A model generated the notes under the pieces. That model searched no databases. It worked only from the letters and a program-made list of their open reading frames with translations, and was not told where the DNA came from. Positions 10,737 through 22,392 of a DNA stretch of 64,000 nt are shown here, one piece after another. The number at the start of each line of letters is the position of its first letter. The stretch's first letter is position 1. Where the stretch lies: NCBI GenBank assembly GCA_054600435.1, contig BAAIJX010000010.1:434001-498000 (forward strand). Direction: 5' to 3'. The DNA comes from Neophaeotheca triangularis (taxonomy: Eukaryota). Position numbers and translations under genes: made by a program.

Positions 10737-12421
10737 TTAGCGAATGTGCTGGTGCATGTGGTTGTGGAGGTGACGACGGCGGTTGTAGCTGTCGGTGGCC
10801 TCGGGATGAGTCGTCTCCGTCACGGTGACTTGAACTTGCTGGACGACCATCTCGATAACTTCGTTGCCCTGGGTGATCCACTTGGTGGAGACGCCGGGCT
10901 CGCTGTCGTCGTTGGCAGGCTCGTGGTAGGCTGGGGCCTCGGTAGGCTCGGGCGCGGCCTCGGGGGCAGGCTTGTAGTCGTCAACGGGGGCTGCGCTGGG
11001 CTCGCTGTAGTCATCGTTGTTGTCGTCGGTGCTGTCGTCGGCACTGTCATCGGAGTAGGCATTGGGGGCGTTCTGGTCGTTGGACACATCAGCGACGCCG
11101 ATGTTAACGTCGCCGGTTGCAGCCTCAGTGGTGGCAGCTTCGGTATCTTCGGCCTCAGCAGAGGAGTAAGAGAGACTCGGCGCCGCCTGTGTAGAGGATG
11201 CCTCGGTGGTCTGCGGCATAGAGGAAGTCTTCACGCCTTTGCGGCCAGCAATGGGGTAAGGTGTGGCGTCTGGGCCCCATCCTTGAACGGGGACATTGAC
11301 TGGTAGACCGTCACGTGGACCCTGGCATTGCTCATCCTCGAGTTCCTTGGGCATATCGAAGCTGCACTGGGCACATTCTTCGTCGGAGATGATGTCGAAG
11401 ACGGGGCAGTCGTCAATCTTGCCGGAGGGGTTGGTGCAGGTATCGAGAGCTGTCTGCAAGAAGTCACTAGATTCCCAGCCCATGATAAAGTCGCCGTGGT
11501 AACCGCAGCCAGTTGGGTCGCCGTTGGAGAGGGTGAACTGGCCCTCCTCACCGGCGAAAGCGTTGGTGGCCCAGATGGTCTCGTAGAACAAGAAAGGGTA
11601 GTGGACTGGGTGAGTGTCTGGGCAGTTTCCTTCCTTGACCAAGTTTGGGTAGGCGACGTGGGACTTGTGGTCGGGCGAACTCTTCTCGCCAGTGCCGCAG
11701 CTAGGAAAGCCCAACTCGAGACGGATGCCGTCAGGACAGTTGTTGTCCAAGTATTCCTTGTCGGGCATGGTGTGGCGGTAGAGAGATGCCTCGGGAGTCT
11801 TGCTGTAGTCGAGGCAGTTGAAGCCGAGAGCGCGCTGCTCGAGCCAGGTCTGGTTGTCTGGCTGTTGGGGCCAGTGGCTCAGCTCCTCGTCGGGGAAGGG
11901 TCCCTCGAAGTTGCGAAGCCTCGGGGTGCCAGCAAGAACCTCGAAACCCTCGGGGAATGATTTGACGTTATCCAAGTAGTAGAGGTAGTAGCTGATTGGA
12001 GTAAGTGATCTGTCCTTGAAATGGGCGATGCGACAATCTTACGCAAGCATGCCACCAATCTGCGGGACCATGACCGTGGTGCCATTGTCGTACATGAAGT
12101 ACAGAGCAGGAGTCCAGTAGGCAGAGTGATCTTGCGACACGGAGCAGGAGGTGCAGCTTCCGTCGGCGGTGAGGTCATCGAAGGTAGTCTCGAAGCCGAA
12201 GTCTTGAGCGAGGGTTAGACAGGTGAGTGGAGAAGGCGTCTGTTGGTATGATACTCACTGCCGCCACCGTGGATCGCGTGAACGTGACCACTGATAGTGC
12301 CCTTGTCAACGATGGGGTCGAGGCGTCCTAATCCGGTGCGCGAGCGGCACGGCATGCGCCAGAAGGCGTTGGCGGAGCCGGCGAGGAGGACGGCCGATGC
12401 GGCCTGGTTGATGAACTTCAT
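10737..12421 (-). CDS. Secreted DUF1996-domain protein with an acidic Ser/Thr/Pro-rich tail
   Basis: Signal peptide MKFINQAASAVLLAGSANA followed by FWRMPC, RLDPIV and HVHAIHGG. Exons 12421-12259, 12202-12043 and 11991-10737 join in frame. GFPSC, HKSHVAYP and GCGYHGDFIMGW motifs are present. Confidence 0.92.
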
Positions 12422-14981
12422 ATCTGCTCTGATGGGTGACTGAGTTGGTATGAGGCGTTGTCTTGAAAAGGTTATGGATATGCGCGTGGCTGCAAGCGAG
12501 GCTCACTGGGTATCGTAAGGGTGGTGAAGTGGCGTTTGCGTTGCTTCACTCGGATGATGTTGTTGAGGGTGGTAATGTGCAAAAGGAATGGAACGACCGG
12601 TAGTGTTGTGACGCCAGTCGACAATACGGTCCGATCAAACAAATAGCAGTAAGGAGTGACTGAGCTGTAGAGCTGGACGGGATTGCAGGAAAGACGGCGG
12701 AGAGGAGGGAGAGGTTGGATTCGGGCGGCGGTGCGCGGAGGTGGAAGTGGGAAGAATGTAAGGAGTAAGTGAGGAGGAATGCCAAGCCCTAGGATAGGTG
12801 ACAGGGGTCCGACGGTCAAGACTCAGGGGTGAAACAGAGTACCCTGGTACCTGCAATGTCCCGCTCCCGCTCAGCCAATAAGCCGTCGATATGTGGGTCT
12901 GCCGCAGTGCGCGCTTGTGCAGGTACGCCGGCTGGCACCCTACCTAGGTAAGGTACCAGGGCTTGCAGGGGAATCTCGGCTTTAAACAACCTCCATTATT
13001 ACTACTACTAAGTCCCTCAGCACTGTAACACCACTTTTTTCCTTTCTCGTTGGCTGCATCTTTCGCGCCGTCTCCCTTCAAATAGGTGACGATAACCAGA
13101 CTCTTGGGTGTAACAGCCTTACAGGTACCAGTTCAAAAGTGTGATATCACCCGTATTATGTACTACTACTACTACTACTACCGTATTACATTACTACTAG
13201 CCAATGCCAACGCCCCCCGAAATTAAGGTAACAAAACAATAACAGGCCTCCGCTCGCTAGGAGAAAGCGATATAAAACCATACACCGGCGCAAGCCTATC
13301 ACAATGTCCCGCCAACTGCCGAGCTCTTCGCCGCGACCCTAACACCAGACAGGAGTGACAGGACTCTTTGCCATGATATCACATTCTCGCAGTGCTCGTC
13401 AGGGCGAGATTATTACTGTTGTTATTATTATTGTGAGGCTGCCACGCCGCAAAGCTTGGTACACTCTGTTTCCCAAGCGACGTGATCCATTATTATTCGA
13501 TGCCGGGCAACTCCAACCACAGCTCACGGAAGGCATCCGATGCTCCTCTTCTTCTCTAGGAAAAGATGGATACCATTACCTACCTTTAATTAGGTGCCGT
13601 ATCACGATCCGCTGATTGCAGGGCGAGCGGTTCAAGTTGATGTAGCTTCTGGTGCTTTTCTAGGCGGTTGCACATCCTCCACTGCCGCAAGTGACGATCG
13701 TGACCCGACTACCAACGGCGATATCATCATCGCGTGGTATCGAGATGATACACATGCGAAATCCACGGGCTGTGCAAAGAAGGAGTCATCATCGCAGTCA
13801 GATTCTTCCTCTTTTGGCAAATCTGACAAGTCCTTATAACCGTTGCGCTCCCCCCTGATACGGTGATGCCTGATATTGATGCGGAGACGAAACTTCTTCC
13901 GCGCGTCTCGCATCGCAAACTCAAAGTCCCGCTTTCGCGCTCCGAAGCGCCTGTCAAGACTCAAGACCGACGCCACGGCCCACGAACGACGAGCTACTAG
14001 ACGGGCTTGGGGAACCGCATTGCTTGTATCAACCAACCCACGAAAATCACCGACCGAGTCCAAAGTCCCGGCTCGCAGACAAAGTAACGTACAGTACAAA
14101 TGATAGGAGGGTAGGTACTAGTAGGTACTCCGCCAACAACCGCAACCACCCACGTCGGGGAGCCAGCACATGCGACCGCCGACATCATACAGTACATGTT
14201 GTCATGTACATGCAACACGTGAGCTAGCGCCCTTCGGACAGGGACCAGTTTAATCTCCCATGCGAATCCAACCCACACCACAATCTCCCCCAAGACCCAT
14301 CTCCCAAGAAACCAACCCCACCCCCTGTCCACACCTAAGCAAACATCATCATCATCATGCCTGCTCGCCAACCACCTCGATCGCTCCGGAAAGCGTCGCG
14401 CAAATGGAAACACTACTACTCTCGAAGATGCACTGCTAACACCGACACCGCGCGCAAAGAACCAACCTCCCACGCCCCCGAAAGAGCCAGACACCTTGTC
14501 CGTTCAAAGCCGTCGCAAACTCACACGTCGCACGCTGCGGTTTGCTACTAGCCCGACACCCACCACTCCGAGTCACTACTTCTTCCACGTTCCCAAGCCG
14601 GCCGTCGTGCGGGACGCTTTCGGCGTCGGCCGCGGTTCTCGGTGCTTCATCTTGATGTGCGACTCGAGCTGTGATGGCGGCGTTTTCTTCGGGGGAACGA
14701 CATGTACTGTACAGTATCTCGCGCTTTTGTGTGAGATGGGTATTCTATTTAACGTTACATGTACCTGGGTGAGGTAAGGTAGGTATTGTTTGGAGAAAAA
14801 AAAAAAAAGAAACGGATTCGCGGAGGCGTGTTTTGTGAGGCTACCTAGGTACCGAGTGTGAACTCCATGTACAGGGGGGTTGGATACTACTAACTACTAC
14901 TACTACTATTACTGCTTCTACTACTTTTTACAATGTCAAGGTGCACCTATTGAAAAGACGCTCAAGCCGCATGGCATGCCG

Positions 14982-16828
14982 TCAAAACAGCAGTGGCAAA
15001 AGCACGGCAGCGCAACATAGCAGCCCCGAACCCCCAGCGCGTAACTTCACAAACCGGGAACTTCCACTGTCCTCAGCGCTCCCCGCACCCTCATCCACCG
15101 CATCGCCATCCCCTGTCACAGTCTCCCTATCTCCTCCCCCAACCGTTCCAGTCGCCTCCACTCCTCCCTCCGTACTACTCGCGCTCCCACTCCCACTCCC
15201 GACCACGACCTCAGGCAACCCCGTTAGCGTCTCCAAAGCCCCCTTCCCGCCACTCATACTCTCACTCCCACTCCAACTCCCCCATGTCCCCACTGCCACT
15301 GTCGGAACCCCAGCCTCGTCGGTTACAGATCCAATCCGCAAACCCCCAGGCGCAAGACCAACGACACCTCCAGACAGACTCAAAGCTCCGCTCTCGCCGG
15401 CAGCGTTCGCGAGGAGCGTGTGCGTTGTCTTTTGCTCTTCGATGGGAATTACTAGAGCCGAAAGCAGCGAAGGATCAGTGGGGTGGGGGATTCGGCGGGC
15501 CGTGTAAGTTCTGCCGCCGAGGGTGAAGATTGCGCCGGACTTGGGATGGGGCTGTGATCCGGGGACGGCTGGGGGCGGGTCGGAGGGGTGTTCTGGCGTT
15601 GGGCTGGGGTGGTCCGGGAGCGGTGGCGCGGTCGACGTTGGTTCGTTCCCAAATGTGGAAGTTGTTGCTGCGGTTGGGTTGGTTCTGTTGGGTCCCTGGT
15701 GGGTTTGTTGAGGGGGTAGTGGTATTGTTGAGGCTCCGGTTACGAGGCCGTTGGCGTTGAGACTGGGGGTTTGGCCTGAGATCGTCGCGGCGGGTCCTCC
15801 CTCGATTAGCGACTGTGTTTCTGAGGCTACTATTCGCGGGGTCGTTGGGACTGCTGTTCGTAGAGCCTCTTCTAGCACGGAGAGCGCGTTTGTAGTCATT
15901 GCTTCTGCGAAGGGCGTTGTGGGGTCGATGTCTGCGTCGACTCGGGTTTCTTCATTCGAGATAATAGATTTATGTAGCTCTTCGTTGTGCGATGTTTTCC
16001 TTGTAGCTTCTCTGGATTGGTCGGCGGGAGGAGTCAGGGGGGTGATGGTAGACTCCCCGTTTTCAAGACTCGGCTCAGCGGAAGGCTCGTGTCCAGGTTG
16101 AGGCTCGTGGGTAGACATACGACCGGAGTCATCGAAGCCAGCATCGTTCTTCGCGGTGGTAGTGGGATCGTATGTCAATGCCGGGTTGGGCAAGGGCCTT
16201 ACGCTAGGCGTAGGAGCTTGATCGTCCGGTACTTCGTTCTTAGCTTGGGGCTGCGGTTCCGTGAAGCCATCAGTTGTACCACTAGGTGGCGGCAAGTCTA
16301 CTTCGCCTTGGGTCGGAGTCAAAGGGAGTCCAGAGGATGTGCTCGATGCCACCGAAGAGGCACTTTGCGAAGGGACTTGCGCAAGGGAATCTGGAGGCAG
16401 CAAAGATATCTGCACGACCGTCTCTCGGGAGCCGATATCGGATTGTGGCGATTCACCCTCATGAGAAATCTGGTCCGAAAGTGACGTAGGTTCTGCATCT
16501 GATACAATGGGGGGAGGGTCCTCTACTGACATCTGTGCGCTCGGTGAGGAGCTCGATGGCAACATTGTTGTCCCTGCAATCGGACGAGTTGGCGAAGGTG
16601 CTTCAGTGGCTCTTGCAGGGACAGTCGGCGAGAGAGCCGGTGCAGCTGGGGTGGAAGTCGTGATTTCCGCTGGCCTTGTCGGGGTAGCAATGTTCTCTGT
16701 AGGCTGCAGTGCCAAAGGGGGATCGTAGAGACCCTCCCAATCGAGCGCGCACGTGTTCCACGCCTGGTGACTCGCAGTTAGTGTCACATCTTCCGACTTT
16801 GTCATGCTTGCAGACTCACGGGGTCCAT
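14982..16828 (-). CDS. Ser/Thr/Pro-rich cell-surface-type protein with a C-terminal GPI-like signal; 5' end apparently damaged
   Basis: Removing intron 16819..16764 (GTGAGT...CTAAC...CAG) gives IRNMDPAWNTCALDWEGLYDPPLALQP. A long low-complexity stalk ends in hydrophobic GLLCCAAVLLPLLF. The upstream frame has stops and no signal peptide was found. Confidence 0.6.
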
Positions 16829-17729
16829 GTTACGGATTGAACGATCAAGTATCTACTGCTCCATCTCCCATAGTAAGTTTGTTAATGATAGCTTCGGTTG
16901 GTAGATATAGGTATAGTTACCGACAAGGACATGACGATGATGGAAGGTGTTTTGAAGTGCGGTGAGGCAGCGGGCGGGGGCGCAGCCTGGAGCATTCACC
17001 TCAAAAGTCCCTTGGCTAGCGTGAGATAGAACGAGCCAATCAGAAGTCGCCAAGACCGATGTCAACGGGCTGGATGCCGTAAGGCGTCTTGCGATACTCC
17101 ACTGGGGCTGATGACGGCCATCTTCCAAGTATACCTATCTCCATTCCAAGTATAACATGATCTAGGTACGGAGTGCCGTGAGGCCGCACGGGAAGGCCCC
17201 TTCAGTAATTTATATAAGACATTGCCTTTCAATGACCAGGTTTCAAGCCATGCCTTACTGGGCTGACGCGGAGAAGGACGCAAGTGGCGTAGGGCTTGCA
17301 CGTCGAACTCCAGAAGAGAACCAGAAAGGCAGGCAGAATCGCAAACAACCAACTCTCCGTTGGACGAAGGGGTTTCCAAAGGCAGCAAAGATGCATTGGC
17401 ATCGTCGTCAGTCTCGACGATCTTCACCCGTCCTTGGTCACGCCCAGCAGTCTTGACGGATCCAGACCTGTTTGCTACTCATTGACACGCATCGACGTGC
17501 TAGTATAGGTGGGTAGGTAGGTACGGCCTGGACTTCATTGCCCTTGACTTGACAAACGTATAAAATTGAATGCTTGTCCTGCCTTGCAAACACATTGCCC
17601 GCTTCTCTCTCTTTCTCCAATACAACACTCCCGCAATCACCTACATCTTCCACAGGCTACTCATCTCAACAACTTCCTGCTTCATCAATTATCCACTTTC
17701 ATCTCCAAACCCCGATCACAACTGCCAGA

Positions 17730-19302
17730 ATGTCAAACTACGGCGGTCACTCAAACAGTATGTGCTACACCTCACACATCAACATCGCCACCTTTCTACA
17801 ACTAGACCGGCAACACTAACCTGCGTAACTCCCTTCCAGACTCCCAATACCCTCAACAGGGCGGCTACTCATCATCAAACCAGCAGTACGGCCAGCAAGG
17901 CTACGGCGACTCTAGGATGCAGAAGCAGGGCTACTCTTCCCAACAGCAGCATCAGCAGCAGGGGTATGGTCAGCAGTCCCAGCCAAGCTACGGCCAGACC
18001 CAAAGCTCATCCTACCAATCCTCGGGCTCGTCCTATCCCTCCCAAGGCTCTTCACATACCTCCCAGGGCGGTCGTTACGACGCTTCTTCCGGACAACAGC
18101 AGGGCTACGGCCAGTCCTCCTCCGGCATGTCTTCGGGTCGTGACCAGTTCAGCTCCTCGGCTGGTCAGTACAGCGCCCATTCTGGAATGTCATCCGGACG
18201 AGACCAAGGCTACAGTCAATCTTCGATGTCCCAACAGACATCCTCCATGGGCACGTCACAAAGCTCAAATCAGTACGGCGGTCAGTCCCAGTATGGAGGC
18301 CAATCTCAAATCGGTGGTCAATCTGGCTCGACCTCTCGTCCCAGCCCTGGCTACGTTCCCAAGCAAGCTTCTCGCGAGGACATGTCGAGCACGGCCGACG
18401 AGCTTCGCAAAGCCATGAAAGGCTTCCGCACCGACGAGAAGACAGTGATCCAGATCTTGGCCAGGCTCGATCCACTCCAAATCGAAAGCGTCAAGCAAGC
18501 CTACAAACAGCGCCACGACAAGAGCCTCAACGCCGAAGTCAAATCCTCCACCTCCGGCGACTCCAGCGAAGGCCTGCTAGCCATCTGTCGCGGCCCAATG
18601 GAGCAAGACTGCGCCAAACTCAACGACACGATCAAGTCCTGGGGCACCGACGAAAGCGTCCTCAACGAAGTCTTGCTCAACCGCTCCAACGCCGACCTCG
18701 ACGCAATCAAAACCCAATACCAGCACATGTTCGAGAAATCTCTCGACAAAGACGTACTCGGCGCGCTCAAAGGCAACGTCTCGGAACTCTTCAAATCCGT
18801 CCTCTCCGGCCGTCGCGCCGACGAAACCTCCCCAACCCAACCGCAACAAACCGAAAACGACGTACGCATCCTCAGCCGCGCCTTGGAAGACAAGAAACCG
18901 GACGAGCTCGCCATCGCCTCGACTTTCACCTCCCGCTCATCCCCCCAACTCCGCGCCATCGCCCAAGCCTACGAACGCCAGAACAACGCGCCCCTCGAAA
19001 AAGTCGTCGACAAAGCCTTCTCCTCGCACATGCGCAGCGCGCTGCTCTACATGCTCCGCGATGCCGTCGACCGCGGCCGTCACGATGCCGATCTGCTCGA
19101 GGATGCCATGAAGGGGCGCGGCACCGATGACGACAAGCTCGTGCGCAGGGTCGTCATGATCCACTGGGATGCAGAGCGGTTGCAGCGGTGTAAGCAGGCT
19201 TACCAGCAGGTGCAGAAGAAGTCGCTGGCGGAGAGGATTCAGAGCGAGACGAAGGGGGATTATGAGCGCTTGATGCTGGCATGTATTGGGGAGTTGCGGT
19301 GA
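17730..19302 (+). CDS. Annexin with a long S/Q/G/Y-rich N-terminal low-complexity domain
   Basis: Exon 1 17730-17757, intron 17758-17839, exon 2 in frame with the 461-aa ORF. Annexin repeats LRKAMKGFRTDEK, IKSWGTDESVLNEVLLNRSN, LEDAMKGRGTDD and ETKGDYERLMLA. Confidence 0.93.
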
Positions 19303-20420
19303 GGGGCTGCTTCGGGGAGGTTGTGAGTTCGGGGGCACGTGCATCGAGAGGCTGTTGAGGCGACGAAGCTACTAGATCGTAGAGACTTGTGTCGGGGAGA
19401 TGAAGATCCCTACCCGTTAAGAGAAGTTACCAGTCTTTCGCCCGTCCTCGACCACCACCACCTACCTTGCCCGTTGTAGAATTGTAGCACTTGTCTCTAC
19501 TTCTTCACAGCCCTTGAACAAAGCGCCGCTCTCTACCTACGTGTGGGCAATACTACTGTACCGTCTCGATTCACTCTACCCAGCCCCGTCCTTGGCGCTG
19601 TAGCAGCTCTACCTATCAAAAAGCGACTCGCTCGGACTCAAACACTAACCCCGAGTAAGAGCTAGGTATCTATATTCTGCGACCTTTCAATATGACATTT
19701 CGGTCTTTGATAGAGTGTATCCTGTTTCTCACAAGGAATAATTGATGCCGAAGGCTTTTTTCTTGTGCCGCTAGAATCGCGGTTGTGTGTGTATGTGTAC
19801 TGACTCTTGATGTGTGGATCTTGTTTTTTTTTTTGTGCTGGTGTTGGTTGTGATTGTTGCTTGGGGGAGTTTGGATGTACGGTGAGCATTTGAGGTATCT
19901 GGATACGCATTATGGCTGCACTTTGAAACTGTACGATTATCTCAGTGGGGTTTACGGATAGTTACCTAGCTACTGCTTCTTTACTAGGCGGATCTCTTAT
20001 AGTAGGGTGTACTTTAGTAGTTTCTACGGTGGATATAGATGTTATACCTGAGCTATCGAGGAGTTAGGACGGCGCGGGACGACGGTCTTATCGACAAGCG
20101 TTTGAGATTTTTAAACTTCACCCAAAGCGCGCTACGCAAAGAGACTTCAACGCCACAGACACATCAATGCAGAGCCGTTGCGCTGCCAAAACAACTTTAA
20201 TGCATAGATACTCAACAAGGCGGAGGCGATAAGGAGGTAAGGCTGGAGATACTCGCTCCCTATCAACACCTCTCTTCTTCCCCCCCACACCATCACACTC
20301 TCCTTCACCTGCACCAGTCTCTTGAGCAGCAACAAAACGCAGCAGCTCACAACCCCTCACCAACCTCCTCTTCCACCACCCAGTACCCAAAAACCCGCCT
20401 AAAACAAAACCTCCCCAACC

Positions 20421-21146
20421 ATGCCCCCAGGCCCCAAACTAACCCACGAACGCTTCCACTCCCCCTCCTACACCGGCCCCCGCAGCACCCCGCTCCTGCC
20501 CTCGGGCGGCCACTTCTCCATCCTCGCCTCCACCACCGTCTTCGCAGCCCCGCACACCATCCAAGCCGCCATAGTCGACATCGCGCACTACGCGCACTGG
20601 AACAGCCACACGCCCAAAGTCACGCTGCTGTCGACGTACCCGCCGCAACCGGCCGACACGCGCATGAAGAGCGGGTTACACATGACTTTCCACGTCAACG
20701 AGAAGGGGTTCCGGGAGGATTGGTTGGCGAGGGAGGCGGGCGATGTCAGGGGCTTGGCGCCCAGTAAGGAGGTCTGCACCGGTGTGAGTGCGCGCAGGGT
20801 TTGTTGGGCTTTTGATAATGCCGCGGCCGTTTGTCCGCCGGTTTTTTTTAAGAGCGAGCGCGTTTGTGAGATTGAGGCGTTGGGCGAGACGGGCTGTAGG
20901 GTTACGACTTGGCAGAGTTGGGCTGGCGCTGGCGCGAGGAGGTTGAAGTGGAGTCAGGAGGGGGAGTTGGGCAGGCGGTTTCAGGAGTGGTGTGGGGATT
21001 TGAAGGGGTGGGTTGAGGGGGGCAATGTTGAGAGGATTGAGCGGGAGAGGGTCGAGAGGTTGGAGGCGTTGATGAGGGAGGCTAGGGCGGAGTTGGAGGT
21101 GGAGGAAGAGGCGGAGGCGAAGGAGGCGCAGGTGGTGGGCGCTTGA
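20421..21146 (+). CDS. Hypothetical protein, probable SRPBCC/START (polyketide cyclase-like) fold
   Basis: IVDIAHYAHWNSHTPKV near the N-terminus, a beta-rich core, and a C-terminal helix RFQEWCGDLKGWVE. Start context aaccATG. Confidence 0.7.
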   Translation: MPPGPKLTHERFHSPSYTGPRSTPLLPSGGHFSILASTTVFAAPHTIQAAIVDIAHYAHWNSHTPKVTLLSTYPPQPADTRMKSGLHMTFHVNEKGFREDWLAREAGDVRGLAPSKEVCTGVSARRVCWAFDNAAAVCPPVFFKSERVCEIEALGETGCRVTTWQSWAGAGARRLKWSQEGELGRRFQEWCGDLKGWVEGGNVERIERERVERLEALMREARAELEVEEEAEAKEAQVVGA

Positions 21147-22392
21147 AGGGGGTGAGCGTTTGGAGCGTGTGGGTCTGCTTTGGAGGTTGAGCTGGGTTGT
21201 TGCCGTGCTTGATGGTCTGGAGTTGGGCGTTTCGTAGGGTCGCAATTTTTGGCTTCGGGATGTGCGATTCACGCCGGCGACGAAAGAGACGGCGCCGAAG
21301 TGCAAAACTCTCCGACGAGGGAATTACGTTGTCATCTACATCTGCCTCAATGCAGGTCGCACGAACAAGGGACACGTGCGAAAAGAAGCGCCCGTAGAAC
21401 ACGATCAGGACGACATATCTACCCCGGGGTCCGAGTCTGGACACGTTGCTGATATGCAATGGCGGGGGTTGGCGCGACTAGGAGTATCTCGAGGTCAGAG
21501 TGATTAAACTGCCTCGTCGCACTTTTGGCGGCCGGGCAGTTGAGAACCGACGAGGCGGGTTACAGCTTGTTTGGAAAGAGTCCACTCTCTTTGAAAGCTG
21601 GACCGAGTGTCTGGAAGAAGCAGGCGTAGGTGCGGAGGCCGGGGTGGTTTTCGAGGGTCAACGTGAGGAACTATGGGGCTGGTCTGTAGGCGTTTGTCTG
21701 GATCAGATGGTTGATAAACATGCTGATGCTAGGGGAGTAAGAGGAGGTAATGGAGTACAGGTTTGATTAAAGGCAGGGAAAACAGGGGAAATTTGTAAAG
21801 GACTACATGTATACGCGAGCTTGACATGCACGGAATAGATGGATAGAATTTGTAGACTTTGGTAGTATAGTATGTGTTTGTTACCTGTCAACTAGACCAA
21901 GACCAAGACGTGCATGCATCTTGTGAGAGGCCTACGTCTAATAAGGTATCACGTCTAGGTACAGTATTTAATAAACAATAATAAAGTTGAGTATTGATTG
22001 ATCGACACCTCGGCAGTGTCCATCTATATAATATACGTCGGTCGGTACATGTCATGTCATGCATGCATGTGCTGGTGCGACTCTTGCCTCGACCTTCTTG
22101 TCTGACCGCTACAGTACGTTACGATATTCCAAGATAATTGCAAGACGGTGTAACCTCGTTCGGTTGCTATACAAACGGTTAACAATCCATCAAGGTGTAG
22201 AAGTAGAATGTCTAGGAAGCGCACTAGTATTGTTGTCCCCCCGCCCCGCCCGCCACCGCTCCCTTGCCTCTCGCCTCCTACTGCCCAGGCGGTACCTGCA
22301 TACTACATACACCACTACTACTACTACTACTACACTACACTACACAGACCGAACAATACCTATCTACAGTACACTCCCCCCTTTGGCTCTAC

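Noticed and set aside
13632..14099. 155-aa minus ORF with a basic then acidic stretch
   Set aside because: No recognisable motif, splice structure or clear start context. It may be real but cannot be supported from sequence alone.
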